DNA of 64,000 nucleotides from Escherichia coli (GTDB lineage Bacteria; Pseudomonadota; Gammaproteobacteria; Enterobacterales; Enterobacteriaceae): NCBI RefSeq assembly GCF_044324785.1, contig NZ_CP172127.1; one strand, 5' to 3'. Shown piece by piece: positions 60,109 to 64,000 of this stretch (position 1 is its first letter; each line of letters starts with the position of its first letter). The notes under the pieces were generated by a model. It saw only the letters and a program-made list of their open reading frames with translations, ran no database searches and was not told where the DNA came from. The position numbers and the translations under genes were made by a program.

Positions 60109-60538
60109 TCCGCCCAAGACTTGGTGGTTCCGGGCAGAAATGAAACAGTCCTCATCTAGCAAGTGAATTATAAGTCAGGATGCCTACATATTCAAACAGC
60201 TATGTTGGCGATACAATCCCGACGCTAGTAGTGATACTGCCTCAAGGGATTACCGCAGTGCGGAAAAGTACTTTTAAGTCCTGGTCAGGATACAGGTGGT
60301 GCTGATTCTGGTGCTCTAATTTGGAGAGAGGCAGTCCTCATCTAGCACATGAAGAAAATCATAGTTACAGGCAACGTAAGGGTAAGCTGTGATTGTCTTT
60401 CTCCCTTAAGGGAGCAACGGATGAAAACTTTTCTCGATAAAGTTCTCATCGTTCTTATGGCGCTAATCGCGCTGCTGGAACTGAAAACCGACATGACAGT
60501 TGGTTTCATATTTATTGCCAAAATGCACACTGTTCATG

Positions 60539-60635
60539 CCAGATGCGGCGTAAACGCCTTATCCGGCCTACACAATCTTGCAAAATCAATATATTGCACG
60601 ATCCTCGTAGGCCGGATAAGCGTAGCACATCAGGC
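60539..60635. repeat. REP/BIME element (two inverted REP units)
   Basis: GCCAGATGCGGCGTAAACGCCTTATCCGGCCTAC and inverted GTAGGCCGGATAAGCGTAGCACATCAGGC. Confidence 0.65.
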
Positions 60636-60651
60636 AATCTAACGCCTGTCA

Positions 60652-63066
60652 TCACCCCGCAAACTGCCTGAACAGCGCCTTACCCTTAACCAGTCGCGCA
60701 CCCAGCCAGCCGCCGAAAAGCGACAGCAGCAGTGCACCGCTGCACGGCAGCACAATCCACAATCGCCAGTCTGGCTCCCACGGAAAATCAAACACTTTCG
60801 CCTGCAACACTGCCAGCGCCGTTTCCGCACCAATTGCGGCTACCAGGCCAGAAACAAACCCGAGCATGGCGAACTCACACCACAATGTCGTGCGCAGCAG
60901 TTTTTTCCCCGCACCGAGTGTGCGCCACACCACCAGCTCCTGATGACGCTGACGCATTCCCACCTGCACCTGTGCCAGCAACAACAACATACCGCAGGCG
61001 GTGACCAGCACCACCATCACTTCCAGCGCCCGACTTACCTGCTCCAGCACCTGACCGACCTGTTTTAAAATCGCGCCAATGTCTAACAGGCTAATGGTCG
61101 GGAACTGGCGGTTGAGTTGCGTCAACATGCCGTTGCCATTCTCCCAGCGGAAACTGGTAAGCCAGCTCTGCGGTTGCCCGTCTAATGCCCCTTCCGGGAA
61201 AATAAAATAGAAATTAGGCCGCAGACTTTCCCAGTCCACTTTGCGCAGGCTGGTCACTTTAGCGCGGAACTCCTGGGTATCGCCCATAAAGGTGACTGTA
61301 TCGCCGAGGGCAACGTTTAAGCGTTTCGCCAGCCCCTCTTCCATCGACACTTCATCGGCTTTTGGCGGCCAGTTACCGGCGACAATCGGATTATGATCGG
61401 GCCGCGTATTTTGCCAGGTAAGATTAAGTTCGCGATTGAGCGCCTCATCTTCATTGCCTTCTGTCGGCTTGCCGTTAATCGCCGTCAGTCTCGCCCGCAC
61501 CACCGGATAAAATGATTCCGGGACTATCTGATGTTCCGCGAGGAACGCTTTTAGCGGTGCTACCTGTTCTGTGGCGATGTTGATTAAAAAGTAGTTCGGG
61601 CTTTCTGGCGGTAGCTGCTGTTGCCAGCGGTCGAGCAGATCGCCACGCAATACCAGCAACAGCGCCAGCAGCATAAAGGAGAGCGAAAATGCCGAAAGCT
61701 GGCTTAACGTTGACCACGGCTGACGTAACAGGCGGCTAACCGCCAGGCGCAGAGGTAGCGATTTCAGCGTCATGCGGCGAAGTACATTCAGCAGCATCCA
61801 GCCCAGCACACCGCACAGCAAAGCCAGTACTACCGCGCCCGCCAGCACCGCCCAGAGCAGCATACTGCCGCCCATTAATCCGGCGAGCAGCAGCACAACC
61901 ACCACACTGACAATCGGCAGATAAAACTTGAGCGGCCAGACGTTCGCGACCACATCATTACGCAATACGCGTAAAGGCTGCGTTGCCAGCAACAAGCGGT
62001 ACGGTCGTAGCCCCACCAGCAGCGAGATGACCGTCATGGTGCCCAGCGCCCACAACCACGGCCAGAGGCTGGCTGGCGGTAGTGCAGCAGGCAAAACGGG
62101 CTTGAGCAGCACCATCAACACGTTTTCGAACAACAGGCCTATCACCCCGCCGGTAACGGCTGAAAGCGCCAGCACCATCAACCACTGACCGACGATTAGC
62201 TTACGCAGTTGCGCTCGCCCTGCCCCCAGCGTTTTGAGGATCGCCACAAGATCGTAGCGACTGCGACAGTAATGATTCATCGCCACCGCCACCGCTGCCA
62301 CTGCCAGCAGCAAGGTCAGAAGCGCCGAAAGCAGCAGGAACTGTTGCGAGCGTTCCATCGAGCGCCCCAGCGCGCCTTCGTCCTGTTCCAGACCGTACCA
62401 GCGTTGTTCGGGTTTAAGCTGGGGTAACAACCATTTCTCATAGCCGTCGAGCTGGTTCTCGTTGCCGCCGAATTTATAGCGCCAGGTGACCCGACTTCCC
62501 GGCTGCACGGCTCCGGTTTTATCGACATCCGCCAGATTCATCATCAGACGCGGAGCCATCTGGAAGGGGTTAAAACCGGAATCCGGTTCCTGAATCACTT
62601 CTCCGGCAATCCGCAAGGTGGCATCACCCACGTCGATGGTGTCGCCTGTTTTCAGGTTAAGCAGTGCCATCAGGCGTGGGGCCAGCAATACGCTGCCCGC
62701 CTGCGGTTTCAGGCCAGGGGGATTAGTTTGCAGATCGCCATACATCGGGTAGATATCATCCACCGCTTTGACGTTCGCCAGCTGCGGTGTGTCGCCTGCA
62801 AATGTCATGGTGGCGAAAGTCAGCTGCTTGCCGACTTTCAGGCCGCGCTTTTGCGCTTCCTCCAGCCACGCTTGCGGCACTTCGCGTGAACTGCGCAACG
62901 CCCGATCGCCCGCCATAAACTCCCGGCTTTGCTGGCTTAAGCCCTTCTCCATGCGATCGCTGATATTGCCCAGCGCCAGCACGCAGGCCACCGCCAGGCT
63001 TAGCGCCAGCCAGACAATTAATAGCGACGGCGAGCGCCATTCGCGCCAGAACCAACGTGCAATCAT
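60652..63066 (-). CDS. ybbP: ABC transporter permease YbbP (FtsX-like)
   Basis: 804 aa multi-TM. Confidence 0.85.
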   Translation of the reverse strand: MIARWFWREWRSPSLLIVWLALSLAVACVLALGNISDRMEKGLSQQSREFMAGDRALRSSREVPQAWLEEAQKRGLKVGKQLTFATMTFAGDTPQLANVKAVDDIYPMYGDLQTNPPGLKPQAGSVLLAPRLMALLNLKTGDTIDVGDATLRIAGEVIQEPDSGFNPFQMAPRLMMNLADVDKTGAVQPGSRVTWRYKFGGNENQLDGYEKWLLPQLKPEQRWYGLEQDEGALGRSMERSQQFLLLSALLTLLLAVAAVAVAMNHYCRSRYDLVAILKTLGAGRAQLRKLIVGQWLMVLALSAVTGGVIGLLFENVLMVLLKPVLPAALPPASLWPWLWALGTMTVISLLVGLRPYRLLLATQPLRVLRNDVVANVWPLKFYLPIVSVVVVLLLAGLMGGSMLLWAVLAGAVVLALLCGVLGWMLLNVLRRMTLKSLPLRLAVSRLLRQPWSTLSQLSAFSLSFMLLALLLVLRGDLLDRWQQQLPPESPNYFLINIATEQVAPLKAFLAEHQIVPESFYPVVRARLTAINGKPTEGNEDEALNRELNLTWQNTRPDHNPIVAGNWPPKADEVSMEEGLAKRLNVALGDTVTFMGDTQEFRAKVTSLRKVDWESLRPNFYFIFPEGALDGQPQSWLTSFRWENGNGMLTQLNRQFPTISLLDIGAILKQVGQVLEQVSRALEVMVVLVTACGMLLLLAQVQVGMRQRHQELVVWRTLGAGKKLLRTTLWCEFAMLGFVSGLVAAIGAETALAVLQAKVFDFPWEPDWRLWIVLPCSGALLLSLFGGWLGARLVKGKALFRQFAG

Positions 63067-63749
63067 GCTTCCTCCTGCAACTGCCCGTTCATCAGCCGTA
63101 AGCAGCGGTCGCAGCGTGCCGCCAGTTGCAGATCGTGGGTCACCATAATCAACGTGGTGCCATGTTCACGGTTGAGGGAAAACAGCAGGTCGGCAATTTT
63201 ATCGCCCGTCTGGCGGTCAAGGTTGCCGGTGGGTTCGTCGGCAAACAGCACATCAGGTCGACCATTAAAAGCTCGCGCCAGCGCCACTCGTTGCTGTTCG
63301 CCGCCGGAAAGCTGTGCCGGAAGATGATCAAGACGTTTACCCAGCCCTAACTGTTCGAGCAACGCTTTCGCTCCGTTACGACTTTCCGCGCTACTCTCAC
63401 CGCGCAGCAGCGCCGGAAGCTCGACGTTTTCCAGCGCGTTAAGGGTAGGAATTAACATAAATGACTGAAAAACAAAGCCTACGTGCTTCGCGCGCAACTT
63501 TGCCCGCGCTTCTTCGTCCATATTATGTAGCGGTTGTCCCACCAGACTCACTTCGCCACTGCTGCCGTCATCCAGCCCGGCGAGGATCGCCAGCAAGGTT
63601 GACTTACCCGATCCCGACTCACCCACCAGTGCGATGGTCTCGCCACGTTTGACAACCAGCTCAACTCCGGTGAGGATGGAGAGTTCATGCTCCCCCTGAC
63701 CGACGGACTTCTTAAGATGATGAACTTCAACAATGTTTTCCGCTGGCAT
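63063..63749 (-). CDS. ybbA: ABC transporter ATP-binding protein YbbA
   Basis: 228 aa; Walker A GESGSGKST, signature LSGGEQQR. Confidence 0.85.
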   Translation of the reverse strand: MPAENIVEVHHLKKSVGQGEHELSILTGVELVVKRGETIALVGESGSGKSTLLAILAGLDDGSSGEVSLVGQPLHNMDEEARAKLRAKHVGFVFQSFMLIPTLNALENVELPALLRGESSAESRNGAKALLEQLGLGKRLDHLPAQLSGGEQQRVALARAFNGRPDVLFADEPTGNLDRQTGDKIADLLFSLNREHGTTLIMVTHDLQLAARCDRCLRLMNGQLQEEA

Positions 63750-64000
63750 TTGCCCTTCCTGTTCCTGGTCCTGTTAACCTTCCGTGCCGCCGCAGCGGAC
63801 ACGTTATTGATTCTGGGTGATAGCCTGAGCGCCGGGTATCGAATGTCTGCCAGCGCGGCCTGGCCTGCCTTGTTGAATAATAAGTGGCAGAGTAAAACGT
63901 CGGTAGTCAATGCCAGCATCAGCGGCGACACCTCGCAACAAGGGCTGGCGCGCCTTCCGGCTCTGCTGAAACAGCATCAGCCGCGCTGGGTGCTGGTAGA
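63717..64000 (+). CDS. tesA: Acyl-CoA thioesterase I / protease I TesA (partial, continues past window end)
   Basis: MMNFNNVFRWHLPFLFLVLLTFRAAAADTLLILGDSLSAGY... with GDSL motif; divergent from and overlapping ybbA start. Confidence 0.75.
   Translation, partial: MMNFNNVFRWHLPFLFLVLLTFRAAAADTLLILGDSLSAGYRMSASAAWPALLNNKWQSKTSVVNASISGDTSQQGLARLPALLKQHQPRWVLV

Noticed and set aside
60349-60642. 97-aa ORF (track) spanning the selU-ybbP intergenic region
   Set aside because: As drawn it starts at an alternative codon and reads through a terminator-like hairpin and REP elements; only the 60421 ATG sub-ORF with its SD is retained, as a low-confidence note in the Rhs-site finding

Overview
Escherichia coli chromosomal segment with a K-12-like backbone, in reverse orientation relative to the usual K-12 map. 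All homology calls are from reading the six-frame translations against remembered protein sequences; nothing was searched or computed. Bases 1 to about 25,500 are the int-proximal part of a mosaic lambdoid prophage integrated at tRNA-Arg argU (the DLP12 site). It carries lambda-type packaging genes (portal B, W, terminase A, Nu1, cos), a lysis cassette (bor, Rz/Rz1, SAR-type endolysin, phage-21-type holin), an AT-rich moron island between Q and the holin (AppY-like AraC pseudogene, DUF523/DUF1722 protein, Blc lipocalin paralog), Q, nin-type genes (ylcG, rusA, ybcO, ninE, ybcN), DLP12-type cargo (ybcM, ybcL, serine recombinase ybcK, emrE), replication genes (ren, P, O with ori iterons), a heteroimmune immunity region (cro-like, CII/YdaT-like, cI with repeated 17-bp operators at OR and OL), two uncharacterised genes in the rexAB position, a possible N-like gene, gam-bet-exo, small ea-region ORFs including a TraR-like zinc finger, xis-like and intD-type integrase. 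The remainder is core chromosome: fimZ, sfmFHDCA, folD, ybcJ, ybcI, cysS, ppiB, lpxH, purEK, ybcF-ylbF-ylbE-fdrA, the allantoin/glyoxylate regulon (allDCE, glxK, ybbY, allB, ybbW, glxR, hyi, gcl, allR, allA, allS), selU, ybbP, ybbA and the start of tesA. The RhsD element that K-12 carries between selU and ybbP appears absent. The best candidate for an undescribed system is the two-gene cassette downstream of cI (19536-20255); the Q-S moron island and the ybcK island are secondary candidates. No CRISPR array or rRNA was seen.
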